The notes beneath the pieces are model-generated. The model was not told the DNA's origin and made no database searches. It was given only the letters and a program-made list of their open reading frames with translations. The position numbers and the translations under genes are program-made. Below, piece after piece: positions 1-12,789 of a DNA stretch of 45,967 nucleotides (the first letter of the stretch is position 1; the number at the start of each line of letters is the position of its first letter). The stretch comes from Octopus sinensis. Taxonomy: Eukaryota. Where the stretch lies: positions 1-45,967 of the forward strand of contig NW_021834497.1 in the NCBI RefSeq assembly GCF_006345805.1, written 5' to 3'.

Positions 1-90
1 AAACACTTAACCAAGATGCCGTACAGCGGGACTGAACCTAAAATAACGTGGTGGCGAAATGAACTTCTTAACGACACATCCATTCCTGCA
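1..90 (-). mobile_element. Degenerate tRNA-derived head of SINE family A; body runs off the window start
   Basis: Reverse complement resembles the GCAGGAGTGGCTGTGTGGTAAG...GGTTCAGTCCC...CTTGGGCAAGTGT head seen at 10802, 22406 and 38836. Confidence 0.7.
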
Positions 91-157
91 TCTATTTGTA
101 CATATGAGATGGCATCAAAAGGTTCCCGTATTAGTTATCTATATATATAAAAAATGA

Positions 158-161
<4 letters not shown>

Positions 162-211
<50 letters not shown>
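162..211. repeat. (TG)n microsatellite
   Basis: Direct reading. Confidence 0.95.
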
Positions 212-212
<1 letters not shown>

Positions 213-229
213 ATGCGTGTAGTACGTAT

Positions 230-306
230 ACATTTCTACAGTTTTCCAGCGTTTCGACCAAATTTTACACACACATTACTCATGTGCCAAGGATGGTCAT
301 GCACTA
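230..306 (+). repeat. Interspersed repeat fragment homologous to 31659-31736; possibly internal to a non-autonomous Helitron-like element
   Basis: Shared ACCAAA(T/C)TTTACACACACATTACT...GGATGGTCATGCACTA at both loci; family assignment is inference. Confidence 0.5.
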
Positions 307-431
307 TAACAGTTTGCCCAAGCTCCCGCGTAAAGCGAGAAACCGTGAAAAAACTGCTTTTTGCACGGGCTTTTCTCTGATCGATTGAATCGGGAGAATG
401 TGAATTTTTGAAGAGCCCAAGCCTTCTGAAG

Positions 432-851
432 TTTCTTATTTCTTTACTGCCGACAAGGGGCTGAACATAGAGGGGACAAACAAGGACAGACAAACGGATT
501 AAGTCTATTATATCAACCCCAGTGCGTAACTGGTACTTAATGTATCGGCCCCGAAAGGATGAAAGGCAAAGTCGACCTCGGAGGAATTTGAACTCAGAAC
601 GTAAAGACAGACGAAATACCTATTTGTTTACTACCCACAAGGGGCTAAAGACAGAGAGGACAAACAAGGACAGACAAACAGATTAAGTCGATTATATCAA
701 CCCCAGTGCGTAACTGGTACTTAATGTATCGACCCCGAAAGGATGAAAGGCAAAGTCGACCTCGGAGGAATTTGAACTCAGAACGTAAGCACGGACGAAA
801 TACGGCTACGCATTTCGCCCGGCGTGCTAACGATTCTGCCAGCTCGTCGCC
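432..851 (-). mobile_element. Tandem dimer of SINE family B (CORE-like); the left unit lacks its 5' head
   Basis: Two copies of GAAAGGATGAAAGGCAAAGTCGACCTCGG..AATTTGAACTCAGAACG; the minus strand gives a tRNA-like head with B-box GAGTTCAAATTCC and a CORE-like GCCTTTCATCCTTTCGGGGTCGAT domain. Confidence 0.9.
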
Positions 852-2039
852 TTAATGAAGTTTCTATGCAGATCATTTGTTATGTTGGAACATAGGAACA
901 TATGAAAATCTGGATGTAAGGGCTGTAAGTTTTTCATCAATTGCCCAATTCACATCTACTAGGCAGCTGATCTCTGCAACGATGCATGACGTTTTTCTCC
1001 CTGTCCCATACAACCATATCTCACTTAACACGCTATTGGTAATATGTAACCAAATACTACTTGTTGCATGGTCAGGCCTTAGGCGACTAAAATGCAACCC
1101 CATCAAAACTGTTTGGTAAAGAAGATGGTTTTCATTAAATATATCCCGCAGGATGGAAAGAAAACCCATTAAAAGATGAAGGAACTCAGTAGAGTCAACA
1201 GCCCTCTAACAACTGGAAGTAAAGGATTCCTAGTCTTTGTTTCGACACCTCAGTAGGTGAAGGAATCGACGACATCACACCTGTCTCATAGCGAAGATGG
1301 AGATCTTGATCTTGCTTGTTTCTGGTCTACTTAGCTTTGTATGTGAGGGTCTTATTGGTGTTGTGCTGCAAGCCGTCATTGACTTCAAGTTTCGGCACGG
1401 GCACTGCTGACGACCATTGTCCTTAACAACTAGGACAAGATAATTTGCCAGCCATGGTCATATTTGTCTACGAGATGATAGCCACCATGAACGTATATAT
1501 AACTGGTCATCATTAATAAATCACACAAATACCAACCACCGAACAAGTTCGAACGTTACAGTTCACTCGTTAATATAGGTAGGGAGGTCATGAACGTCAC
1601 CACTTTTAGTTCCATAATAAGTCATGCATATGTAAGAAACAGTTATTAGAGTCAGAAAAATAATGGCCATAAAGGAGAGAAAGAACCAATTAGTCAGATA
1701 AATTGGTTCACATCGGGGTCTTTATAGACTGGAATTAAAGGTCCTTTATTGCTTCTATGAAAGTTACGCTGATTTAGAATTAATTCAGTCGACATTTATA
1801 TAGACTGTTATTATTTTGCTTCAAGGAGAGCGAAAATATGATGTTGCCAGAAACCAGTGTTTTATTTAAGAGCACCAAATCAATCAAACAAAACAAATAT
1901 AGAATTTGCTTAAAATCCAATCGATCGCTTTCAATAAGTTAATGAAGAGCAGCAAAGTGCGGTAACAGAGCGATAACACGTGATAACAAGTGTTCTCGGA
2001 AAGAAATTAAACTGCATGAATTATATTTAATGACATGGA

Positions 2040-2255
2040 TCCTATGTACGTATGTATGTATGTATGTATGTATGTATGTATGTATGTATGTATGTATGTA
2101 TGTATGCATGCATGCATGCATGTATGTATGTATGTATGTATGTATGTATGTATGTATGTATGTGTGTATGTATGTATATATGTGTGTATGTATGTATGTA
2201 TGTATGTATGTATGTATGTTGTATATAATATAATATATATATATATATAATATAT

Positions 2256-2330
<75 letters not shown>

Positions 2331-2552
2331 CGTATATGTATGTATATATATGAATATATATATATATATAAACATATACATACATACACACACACACGCA
2401 CACACACACGTATGCACACACACACACATATATATGTGTGTGCATACGTGTGTGTGTGTGTCTGTGTGTGTGAGTGTGTGTGTGCGCGTGCGTGTGTGTA
2501 TGTATGTATATGTTTATATATATATATATATTCATATATATATACATATACG

Positions 2553-2584
<32 letters not shown>

Positions 2585-2853
2585 TACACATATGTATATA
2601 TAGATAGCAACTCATATACAAACATATATTCATTCATACATCCATTCATGCATTCATGCATACGTACATGCATGCCTCATACAGATATACCTCATCACAC
2701 ACACATACATATGTACATACATATATACATACAAACATGCATACCTTATGCATACCTATCTCATACACACGTATATACATACATCATAGCACATACATAC
2801 ATACGTACAAACATATACACATACCTCATGCATACATACTTCATACACGGATA

Positions 2854-2935
<82 letters not shown>

Positions 2936-3170
2936 TATACATATATTATAACTACATGCATAAAAACAGACATGCATACCTCATACATACCTCATACACA
3001 TATACATACACCATACATATATGCATTCATGCATACATACATACATGCATTCATGCGTGCATACATACATGCATACCTCATACATACGTACCTTATACAT
3101 ATATATATACATCATACATACGTCATGCATGCATAGGTACATACATACATGCATACACATACATACATGT
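2040..3170. repeat. Compound (ATGT)n/(TA)n/(CA)n microsatellite field containing a foldback centred at 2431/2432
   Basis: Direct reading. Confidence 0.9.
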
Positions 3171-3174
3171 TGTT

Positions 3175-3552
3175 GGCACTCCTTCGCTTACGACGACGAG
3201 GGTTCCAGTTGATCCGATCAACGGAACAGCCTGCTCGTAAAATTAGCGTACAAGTGGCTGAGCACTCCACAAACACGTGTACCCTTAACATAGTTCTCGG
3301 GGAGATTCAGCATGACACAGAGCGTGACAAGGCTGGCCCTTTGAAATACAGGTTCAACAGAAACAGGAAGAAAGAGTGAGAGAAAGTTGTGGTGAAAGAG
3401 TACAGCAGGGTTCGCCACCATCTCCTGCCGGAGCCTCGTGGAGCTTTAGGTGTTTTCGCTCAATAAACACTCGCAACGCCCGGTCTGGGGATCGAAACTG
3501 CGATCCTACGACCGCAAGTCCGCTGCCCTAACCACTGGGCCATTGCGCCTCC
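3175..3552 (-). mobile_element. SINE family C (head 1 plus 3' module X)
   Basis: Minus-strand head GGAGGCGCAATGGCCCAGTGGTTAGGG...GTTTCGATCCCC (A and B boxes); 3' module GATCAACTGGAACCCTCGTCGTCGTAAGCG shared with 19452 and 30486. Confidence 0.88.
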
Positions 3553-3661
3553 ACACATACAAACATACATGCATACATACATGCATACACATACATACAT
3601 GCATACATACATGCATACAAATACATACATACATTCATGCGTACATACATATATATATACA

Positions 3662-3692
<31 letters not shown>

Positions 3693-5318
3693 TGATTTTG
3701 ATTCGATTAACTATTGCACGTATCTACGTGCTAACAAAAGCCTAATTGTACTGTTTAACTATTTAACGAGGTAAACATCATATAGGAAAAAAATAAACAA
3801 AACAAAAGACAAAACAAAACAAGAAAAACAAACAAAAATAAGAAACAAAATAAAACCACACAAATAACAAAGGCAAAAAAAAAAAAACAAACAGTGCGGT
3901 CTTCATTTATGAATGGCGGTGATATCCAAGTTTTATTTAATAAGAGAATGTTATTAAATGTTTAAGAGATTATTGGAAAAAGAATAAAATGTAATTTTCA
4001 TTCCCATTTACTATTTATTTCAGGTTGTGAATTTGGGACGAATACTAAAATCCAGAAGATAGGTAATTTGATGCACACATACTATTAGTATCTAATTTCT
4101 ATTGCTTGATACAAAACGTACTGAAAATTTTATGCGTTGTTCTAGAAAATGGAATGCTTCGTAGCCATAATTACGAGTAGAAGCTATCATTAAAATGGAA
4201 GGTCAATAATGTTAAGTTCATATTTTTATATTTCTACTGGTTACGGAGGTGGAGGCAGTCGATATACTGAATGAAACGATAGGGTGAGGCTGCTTCGGCG
4301 TTGAAGATTTGGTACGTTTAACCTGTTTAACCTGGATGTTTAACTTGTTTAAGCGATAGTACTGTTTGGCACTGGAGGCTAACTCTCTCTCTCTCACACT
4401 TACAAACACGCGCTTGCGAGTGAAGAAGTATATACTTACAGATAAAGAGGGAAAGAGAAAGAAGGTGAGAGGGTCAGTACACATACATACAAACATAACT
4501 GGATACACATCACAGCAAGAGAGAGAGAGAGTGTGAGGAACGGAGAGAGAGAAAGGAAGGATGGGAGAGAAAGAAAGAGAGCAACAAAAAGAGAAGAAAG
4601 AGGTGAGGAGATGGAGAGTTAGAGAAAGTAAGTAGAAAGGGAGGCGGGGATAGATAAGAAGAGGGAGAAAGGAGGACAATATGAGAAACAGTAAAACATT
4701 TGATGCCAAATAAATCAGCGTCGAATCAAGGATCTCAAATAAATGACGCTAAAACGGCAGAGCTGAAATTTATTATACTCGTCGATGTATCAAAGTCACA
4801 ATTTATATAACTAGGCCCTAGCCACAAAGGTGTTAGGGGCTATCATACATCATATGAACTTAAATGAAAACAAAGAACGGAAAGAATATGAGGTGGTATC
4901 CATGTTTGTGTGCTGGGACGTGCAGGGATAATCTCATCAAAGTGGTGTTTATATACAGTCATAGTAAATGAGAGTCCTTTGACTGAGAAAGTTCGAATGA
5001 TTTTACTACGAGTATTAATCGTAACTACAGTTGGACTCTGTGTCTGAACACATACTAGCGATAGCCGTGTAATCGTGTAAAGCCATGCTCAATACGATCG
5101 ATTGCAAATGGACATGATAAGACCTATCACTGCCAGAATAATCCCGAGAGGAAAATTTCCACCTAGACTTGGAAATTTTCTCTCGTGACTATATTAGCAG
5201 CAATAAGTTTTTTTATCACAACCATATATTTTTATTACATCCAAATATATATATTGTATATAATTATATATATATATATATATATATATCTATATATTAT
5301 ATATATAGAGATATATAT

Positions 5319-5373
<55 letters not shown>

Positions 5374-6048
5374 GTACGGAGTTTGTCAGTGAACCTTCGC
5401 GGTCTCAAAGCGACGAAAATATTTTGACAAATTAAATTTACATGCTGAAATGAATCTAACGGTTTTTGTGTGTTTCTTAAATGGCTTATACAACTTCCAC
5501 GCTGCAATTGTTTTCGTTCCAGCACATGATCTCAGATCAAGTACATCTCCGTAATATATATATATATATATATAGATATATATATATATATATATATATA
5601 TGCAATCATTACATCAATTTAAATGCAGGGATATCACTCAGCTGCAAAAATAAATAGAATTTTAATCAGTCGGACACATTAATATAATTTTACTCAACTA
5701 CTTTAACACAGAAAGAAGATGGAAGAAATCGATGTTGTCGCCATTGTAGCTAAGAATATACAACACTTCCAAGAAATTGATATATATATATACATTTGAC
5801 CTATTTTGGTTATGATATAATTTTTGATAATCTTAAATTTTAACTTTATACAACATAACAATATTGTTTATAAACAATCACCTATAGAACCCCATGATAA
5901 AATTTCCTCTGTATTAACATCATTGGTTTTATTAGCGTCTTGCTCCTTTAACTGGTAATTAACATCATGATTTAGGGTCTTCCCCTACCCAGCCTCCTTT
6001 TATAGACAGTTACTCTATACCCAATTTACTACTTCTAATGTCTTGACA

Positions 6049-6318
6049 ATATTTATGACCATACCTAGCCATGAGCTGTCAACTTTAACAGAGCAAGAAG
6101 ATGGGAGAAGTCCATGGTGTCGCTATTGTATCTAAGACTATACTACATTTCCAATAAAAGCATGAAGCTTAATGGGGTCATATCTTGTAAAGGATTGTGG
6201 TTCATTTCTAATTTATTTCTTTTATCAACTACCAAATCTAAGACTAGAAGACTGTGTCTGTTTGGAATGAAGGGCAAGCGTGAGTTGACGGATCATGGCT
6301 AGGTATCGTCATAAATAT
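6049..6318. mobile_element. MITE-like element with 36-bp terminal inverted repeats
   Basis: 6049-6084 versus the reverse complement of 6283-6318: 3 mismatches in 36; interior resembles ~5700-5775. Confidence 0.55.
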
Positions 6319-6404
6319 ATGTATATGTATATATATGTGTCTATGTATGGATGTGTACGTATGTGTGTGTCGTGAATTTTATATATATTATATATATATA
6401 TATT

Positions 6405-6477
<73 letters not shown>

Positions 6478-6628
6478 ATCACTACACACACATGCGTACA
6501 CGTCCATACATATACACATTTATACATATATACATATAGATTCAAAATAACAAAGAACATCACAAATTCCCAAAACACCATCTTTCCAAAAATCAAGAAG
6601 ACAAATTCAACTTCAGATTTTTCAGCTA

Positions 6629-6663
<35 letters not shown>

Positions 6664-6664
6664 A

Positions 6665-6695
<31 letters not shown>

Positions 6696-7442
6696 AAGTA
6701 TGAATTCTCTATAAAAAAATCATTCATGATGAATCTCTGAAAGGGGCGGGGCGTAAGTTTTTATCCAAATCCTGACCACTTTCTTTTCCTTAATGTATAA
6801 AATCTGTATAGCACTTCAAGCAATATACATAGTTTACAGAATATTCTGAAATTAAAAAATATATATTTTGTTTATAAAACTGAGCCTGGGTCCAGATTAA
6901 ACATTGCCGCAAGCCGTGTGTTTGATATCGTGAACCTAGGATTACAGTTTGTTTTCATTCGTTTTCAGTTTGTTTTCATAAGTACCAGTAACATATACCT
7001 ACAACTCTTCACTTTGCAGTTGGTGTCTTTCTGACCTAGTCAAAAGAAATTATTTTGATTTGTTTGCATCGTTTGAAGAATTTATTATTGATGAAAATTC
7101 TAATTATATTAGAAAAGTAAAAAAAAGAATTCCTATATAACCCTTGGAATCTTTGCAGATTGTAAATGACGCAATGTTTAGAAAATATTGCTGGCATTCT
7201 TGTAAATTATAATAGCTGAAGAGATGATTATGCAAAGAATGTCTTTGTTTAATCTCTTTCAATTAAAAAGGGTATGCCTGTAGCTCGTGGGATCTTTTCA
7301 GAAATGGAATTTTGTATAAATTAGATGAGAATTATTCTCATTCAACTGTATAACAACTTACTAACTAAATAAATTTCAAAAGCTGTAACTTCTCTGAAAA
7401 GCTATGAGATACTAAACGAATATTAACCATTCCCCAAGCGCG

Positions 7443-7515
7443 TGGAGGTGTGTGATCGGGTGGTTAAGTTATTGAGCTGAGGACTGAAAAGTCGCGGGTT
7501 CGATTTCTTCAGACA
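7443..7515 (+). mobile_element. Isolated degenerate tRNA-like SINE head
   Basis: GGTGGTTAAG (A-box-like) ... GCGGGTTCGATT (B-box-like); no body follows. Confidence 0.4.
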
Positions 7516-7548
7516 TCTGATGACATCCATAATATATATATATATATT

Positions 7549-10186
7549 GCGTACAGAGGAATATGGCAATCTTCGTGACGAAGCGAACCAGAATGATCAG
7601 GTTGTTGTTTCGAATATTGGACGTTCTGTCATTTTCCCATCACCATACACTGGAGGCCTCAGGTACATGCATGAAAAAATGCAGGATGCTCTCACTTATG
7701 TCCGCCGCTGTGGCCGCCCAGATTTTTTCATCAACTTCACTTGTAATCCAAGCTGGGTTGACATCCAGTTTCACTTCATGGCCAAAATCCTCCAAATAGG
7801 TATGACATCACATCTAGAGTGTTTCACCTGAGGCTAATGAAAATGATAGACGTTATAAAACACGGATATATTTTTGGACCATTAAGATGCTTCATGTAGA
7901 ATGGCAGAAGAGAGGACTCCCTGATACCCATATCCTCTGGCTTCAAAACAAACTCATTTCAACAGATATCGACTTCGTTATCAGTGCTGAACTGCCAAAT
8001 CCCCAAGAAGACCCAATCCTTTTTGAAATCATAAAATCCAGCATGATCCATGGCCCATGTGGTCACCTAAATCCAAGGTCTGCATGTATGGACAATGGGA
8101 GGTGTACAAAGCGTTACCTACACAAACTAATTCATGACATCCAGACTGGTAACGACGGCTATCCTTTATACCTACAGGAGTTGCCTACATTCTACACGTG
8201 TAATAAATCTTCCCGCTGTTGGCAAAAAAAAAAAAAAAAGAAAGCGAGGACGCATTTCAGAAAGGAATGTTTCAATGCGTGAATATGATGCCCTCTCAGG
8301 AGTGTACACAGTTCACCCGCTTAACTCAGCATGCTTTCACCTGCGTCTTCTGTTGCACGTTGTCAAGGGTCCAATTTCCTTTCAAGACCTTCGTACTGTT
8401 AATGGCCATATTTGTTCAACTTTCAAAGAAGCCTGCTCCAAATCAGGTCTTCTTGATAACGATGACCATTATGACCACGCCCTCTAAGAAGCATCAATGT
8501 TGCAGTCCCTCATTGCTCTTCGTAAACTTTTCGCCGTTATTCATGTGTACTGCAGTCTTGCGAATTCACAATCTTTCTAGGAGAAATATCGCAACAACAT
8601 GTGCTTGTACATCCTTATGCAAAATCGCTACGCATCAACAGACATGATTTTACAGTTTATACCTGCAATGTACAACTGTGGCCTGATATTCCTAGAAGAT
8701 ACCATTTTGGAAATGGGTGGCCGTCCCTTGAATAACTACTGTGTTGAATCCCCTTGCAGAGAAAATGAGGCGATTTGTAACCAGCACTTACTAAGGGAGA
8801 CATGCTACGACGCTGCCAGGCTTCTATCCTACGTTGAAGAAAGAGAAGAATTTTTGAATCCTGAACAAGCTGTTGTCTATAATTTTATTTTGACAATACT
8901 TGAAGACACCACCTGTGGCATCCTCTTCCTTGATACACCAAGTGGCACAAGAGGACATTTCTCCTCAACCTCCTTCTTGCCAAAGTGGACAGATTGCCAT
9001 TGCAATGGTGTCTTCAGGAATAGCATCAACACTGCTAGACGGCGGTAGAAAAAGTCCATTCAACAATTAAGTTTCCCCTTAACATCAGCTATGTTGAAAA
9101 TTCTACCACCAATATAAACAAGAATTCTGACGAGGCATTTATCTTTCAAAAATGCCAACTGATTGTCTGGGACGAGGCAAAAATGCTTCACAAGAATGCA
9201 CTTAATACAATCGACACAACGCTACAAGACCTGCACTCCAACTCTAAACCGTTCGGAGGCGACGTTATTCTGACTGGGGACTTTCGTCAAGCCCTTCCTA
9301 TTATCCCAAAAGGCACACCAGCTGATGAATTAAACGCTTGCCTTAAAAAATCTCATCTTTGGCGCTCTATCTTGTCGAGAATGTTAACCATAAATGTGCG
9401 TTCCATTCTCCACCAACAAGATGACAATTCCTTTGCTTCAAAGTTATTAGATGTCGTTAATGGGAGCTTACCGCTCGACGTAAACGGTTTGGCTGATATA
9501 AGTACCATCGGTAACTACGTCTCCGGCCCTGAGGAGCTATGCACAACAGTTTACCCCCAGCTTCTTGAATGGATGTGTGAAAGAACCACCTTAACTCCAA
9601 CAAATTCCACCGTCCAAGCCTTCAACATATGTCTGCTTCGTCAATTTCCTACCCAAGAGCGATGCTATACTTCGGTTGATTCGGTTACTGATCCAACACA
9701 AATAACATTTTTCTCAACAGAGTTTTTAAACCCACAAGAACCATCGGGAATGCCACTGCATAAACTTTGCCTTAAACTTGGTTGTCCTATTATGCACTTG
9801 AGGAATTTGGAGCTTCCTCGGCTCTGCAATGGCACATGTTTGGCTGTTAAGCAAATGTTGGATAACGTTCTCGAAGCCACAATCATCACAGGAAAAGGCA
9901 CTGGCGAGTCTGCTTTTATTCCCTGAGTTCCACTTATTTCGACAGACTGTCTTTGCGATGAAACGAGTCCAGTTCCCCATTCGATTTAGCTTTGCTATGA
10001 CCATTAACAAAGCCCAAGGTCAGTCACTAAAAGTGGTTGGGCTGGACCTCAATACACCGTGCTTTTCACACGGACAGCTGTACGTGGGGTGTTCCAAAAT
10101 TGGAAACTCGACCAATCTCTTCTACCACGCCCCCGAAAGATTGACTAAAAAAAAATAACGTGGTTTACAAAGGAACTCTCCAATAG
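7549..10186 (+). pseudogene. Helitron Rep (HUH)/PIF1-helicase pseudogene with many frameshifts, stops and internal deletions
   Basis: Rep motifs GRPDFFINFTCNP, EWQKRGLPDTHIL, IHGPCG, DGYPLY; helicase motifs [45 protein letters not shown]; ends NVVYKGTLQ* at 10186. Confidence 0.92.
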
Positions 10187-10641
10187 CTTTTCCGATGAGT
10201 TGAAATCCTCTTTAGGTTGGCCATTATTGCGTTTACTTACTCCTCACAATAGGTTATGTTAATCTTCCAACAAATGCCCGTTGTTAAAGTCAAGCATCTT
10301 TTCATTTCAATGCACAGCTTCCCAGATGCCTCAGTTAATTTCATATTGCAATTAAACATATTTCTTACAGATTGCCTTCATGTCCATAAAAATGTCCTGT
10401 ATGCTTTTTGCACTAATTCTTCAGCCATCTAGTCAATTAAACGGGATTCCGAACGACAATTTTCCATATTTTCACATTTTAATACCCGATATATTTGAAT
10501 ACAGCTTATTTTTGATTTAACGTCTCAACTATGTCAAATAATCCTCAATTTTAACCATAGACAGAAGTGGAATTACACTGTTTTAGGCTCTACTTCTATC
10601 ACGAACTTACACCGTCCAATGGACGAGGGGCGTTTTGCCTG
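7549..10641 (+). mobile_element. 5'-truncated, decayed autonomous-type Helitron
   Basis: RepHel relic plus a 3' hairpin CGTCC-AAT-GGACG (10613-10625) followed by ..GCGTTTTG-CCTG|T, homologous to the canonical end at 32710-32736. Confidence 0.85.
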
Positions 10642-10770
10642 TATATATATATATATATACACACACACATACGCATGCGCGTGCGCGCACGTATACACAC
10701 ATATATATAAATATATGTATGTATACATATTTACATACACACACACGCGCGCGCATATATATATATATAT

Positions 10771-10801
<31 letters not shown>

Positions 10802-11189
10802 GGCGCAGGAGTGGCTGTGTGGTAAGTAGCTTGCTAACCAACCACATGGTTCCGGGTTCAGTTCCCACTGTCTTCTGCTATAGCCTCGGGCCGACCAAAG
10901 CCTGTGAGTGGATTTGGTAGACAGAAACTGAAAGAAGCCTGTCGTATATATATATATTATATATATATATTTATGTGTGTGTTATGTTTTGTGTCTGTGT
11001 TTGTCCCTCTAGCATTGCTTGACACACCGATGCTGGTGGTTTACGGTCCCCGTCACTTAGCGGTTCGGCAAAAGAGACCGATAGAATAAGTACTGGGCTT
11101 ACAAAGAATAAGTCCCGTGGTCGATTGCTCGACTAAAGGCGGTGCTCCAGCATGGCCGCAGTCAAAATGACTGAAACAGGTAAAAGAGT
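10802..11189 (+). mobile_element. SINE family A with a small deletion after the head
   Basis: tRNA-like head, internal (TA)/(TG) tract, 3' GGTGCTCCAGCATGGCCGCAGTC..TGACTGAAAC..GTAAAAGAG. Confidence 0.92.
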
Positions 11190-11272
11190 ATATATATTTA
11201 TACACACACATATAAATATATATATGAAATCATTGATACGGAAGACAGAGTGTAACTTGAAGCTTTACTTAG

Positions 11273-11375
11273 CGCAACAATCGTTTCGACTGCCTTCTGC
11301 ACTACTCCCTATTGGGCTGGGAACGATGTAATGACATCAAATGCGTCGCACAGTGCAAAGGAACTTCATCAGGCG
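11273..11375 (-). ncRNA. Degenerate type I hammerhead-like fold with long helix II
   Basis: Minus: CGC-CTGATGA-A-[CCTTTGCACT...AGTGCAGAAGG]-GAAA-CGATTG-TT-GCG; helix I is only 3 bp and the base of helix II is imperfect. Confidence 0.42.
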
Positions 11376-11498
11376 ATGTAATAGACTTCAAAAGTTATTA
11401 GATTTACAATTCAACATTACCTGCGACTTACCCAAAACAAGGTTTGAATACTGCATTTTAATGTCTCCTATCTAACTAAACGTTAATTTCAACTTTAA

Positions 11499-11504
<6 letters not shown>

Positions 11505-11584
<80 letters not shown>

Positions 11585-11690
11585 ATATATACATACATAC
11601 ATACATACATACATACATACATACATACATACATACTACATACATACATAAATACATACATACATACATACATACACATATATGTAAATA
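11505..11690. repeat. (TATC)n then (TACA)n microsatellites
   Basis: Direct reading. Confidence 0.95.
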
Positions 11691-12029
11691 TGTGTATATA
11701 TGCAAACACACACAGATATACACGCAAAGAGACAATGATTTCTTATCTAGGCAGACGATCTTTTTTTTTATGTGAAAAGATATGCGTCAACTGGTTTGGA
11801 TTGATTACCGAAGCGGTGCATAAATTAGGAGGGAAAGCGATCTTTAAAGGGTTAATGAAGCATCACAGGAGAGCTTAATGTAATGATATTGTCGTCAGTA
11901 AAGACAACAAACAGAACTATTAGTGGCAGCTGAATCAACAGATGCAGGTGCAGCAAACAGCAGCCGACAACAGCCTTTGCAGACGACACCATTTCTGATC
12001 ATGATAGTAGTGTGTCGTGATGCAAAAGA

Positions 12030-12765
12030 TGGTGGTGGTGGTGGTGGTGGTGGTGGTTTTGGTGGCGGTTATGGTGATGACGGTAATGATGATGATGATG
12101 TGGTGGTGATGAAGATGAAGGTGATGATAAGAACGATGGTGATGACGATGGTAGTGGTGGGGATGATGGTGATGATGATGATGATGATGATGAGTGGCGG
12201 TGACGATATTCATGGTGATGATGATGATGATGATGACGTTGATGGTGGTGGTGGTGGTGGTTATGTTGATAATGATGATGACAATGATGATGATGATGAC
12301 GATGACGATGATGATGACGACGACGACGATGACGATGATGATGATGATCATGATCATGATCATCATCATCATGGAGATGATGACGACGACGATGAAGAGG
12401 AGGGAAACTAGGGGAGGCGGAGGCTGTATAACAATGATAATGCTGATGATGAAGATGATGATGTTGATGCTGATGATGCTAGTAATTACGATGATGGAAA
12501 CACTAATAATTACGATGAGGGCATATAGTAGTGGGAGACCAGTATAATACGAGGGTGATGTCGATGCCACCGCCGCCGCCGCCGACGACGACAACGACGA
12601 CAACAATGATAATAATGATGAAGATGACGGCAATGACGACGACGTTGATGTCGATGATGATGATTATGACGATGATGACGACGACGAAGATGACAAGGAT
12701 GATGATGATGTTGATGATGATGATGATGAGGATGAAGATGATGATGGCGGTGGTGGCGGTATCTA
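12030..12765. repeat. Compound trinucleotide field (GAT/GGT/GAC)n
   Basis: Direct reading; explains ORFs 11923-12411, 11935-12633 and 12194-12547. Confidence 0.9.
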
Positions 12766-12789
12766 GTGATAAGATTGAGGAGAAGTAAA

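Noticed and set aside
873-1500. ORFs 873-1169 and 877-1119; possible integrase-tail-like peptide
   Set aside because: No motif recognisable with confidence; frames are stop-ridden.
1939-3240. Multiple 60-200-aa ORFs (YI/HT/CV repeats); similar ones at 13.3-15.1, 27.6-28.2, 37.5-38.2 and 43.8-45.7 kb
   Set aside because: Translations of microsatellites with no domain content.
4218-4709. 163-aa minus-strand ORF
   Set aside because: Mostly the complement of a GA-rich tract (Leu/Ser/Phe); no recognisable domain.
9127-9160. CTGACGA followed by a GGCATTT/AAATGCC stem
   Set aside because: Followed by AACTG rather than GAAA; lies in Helitron coding sequence.
11923-12788. Asp-, Met- and Ile-rich ORFs
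   Set aside because: Trinucleotide repeat translations in several frames; no splice or homology support.
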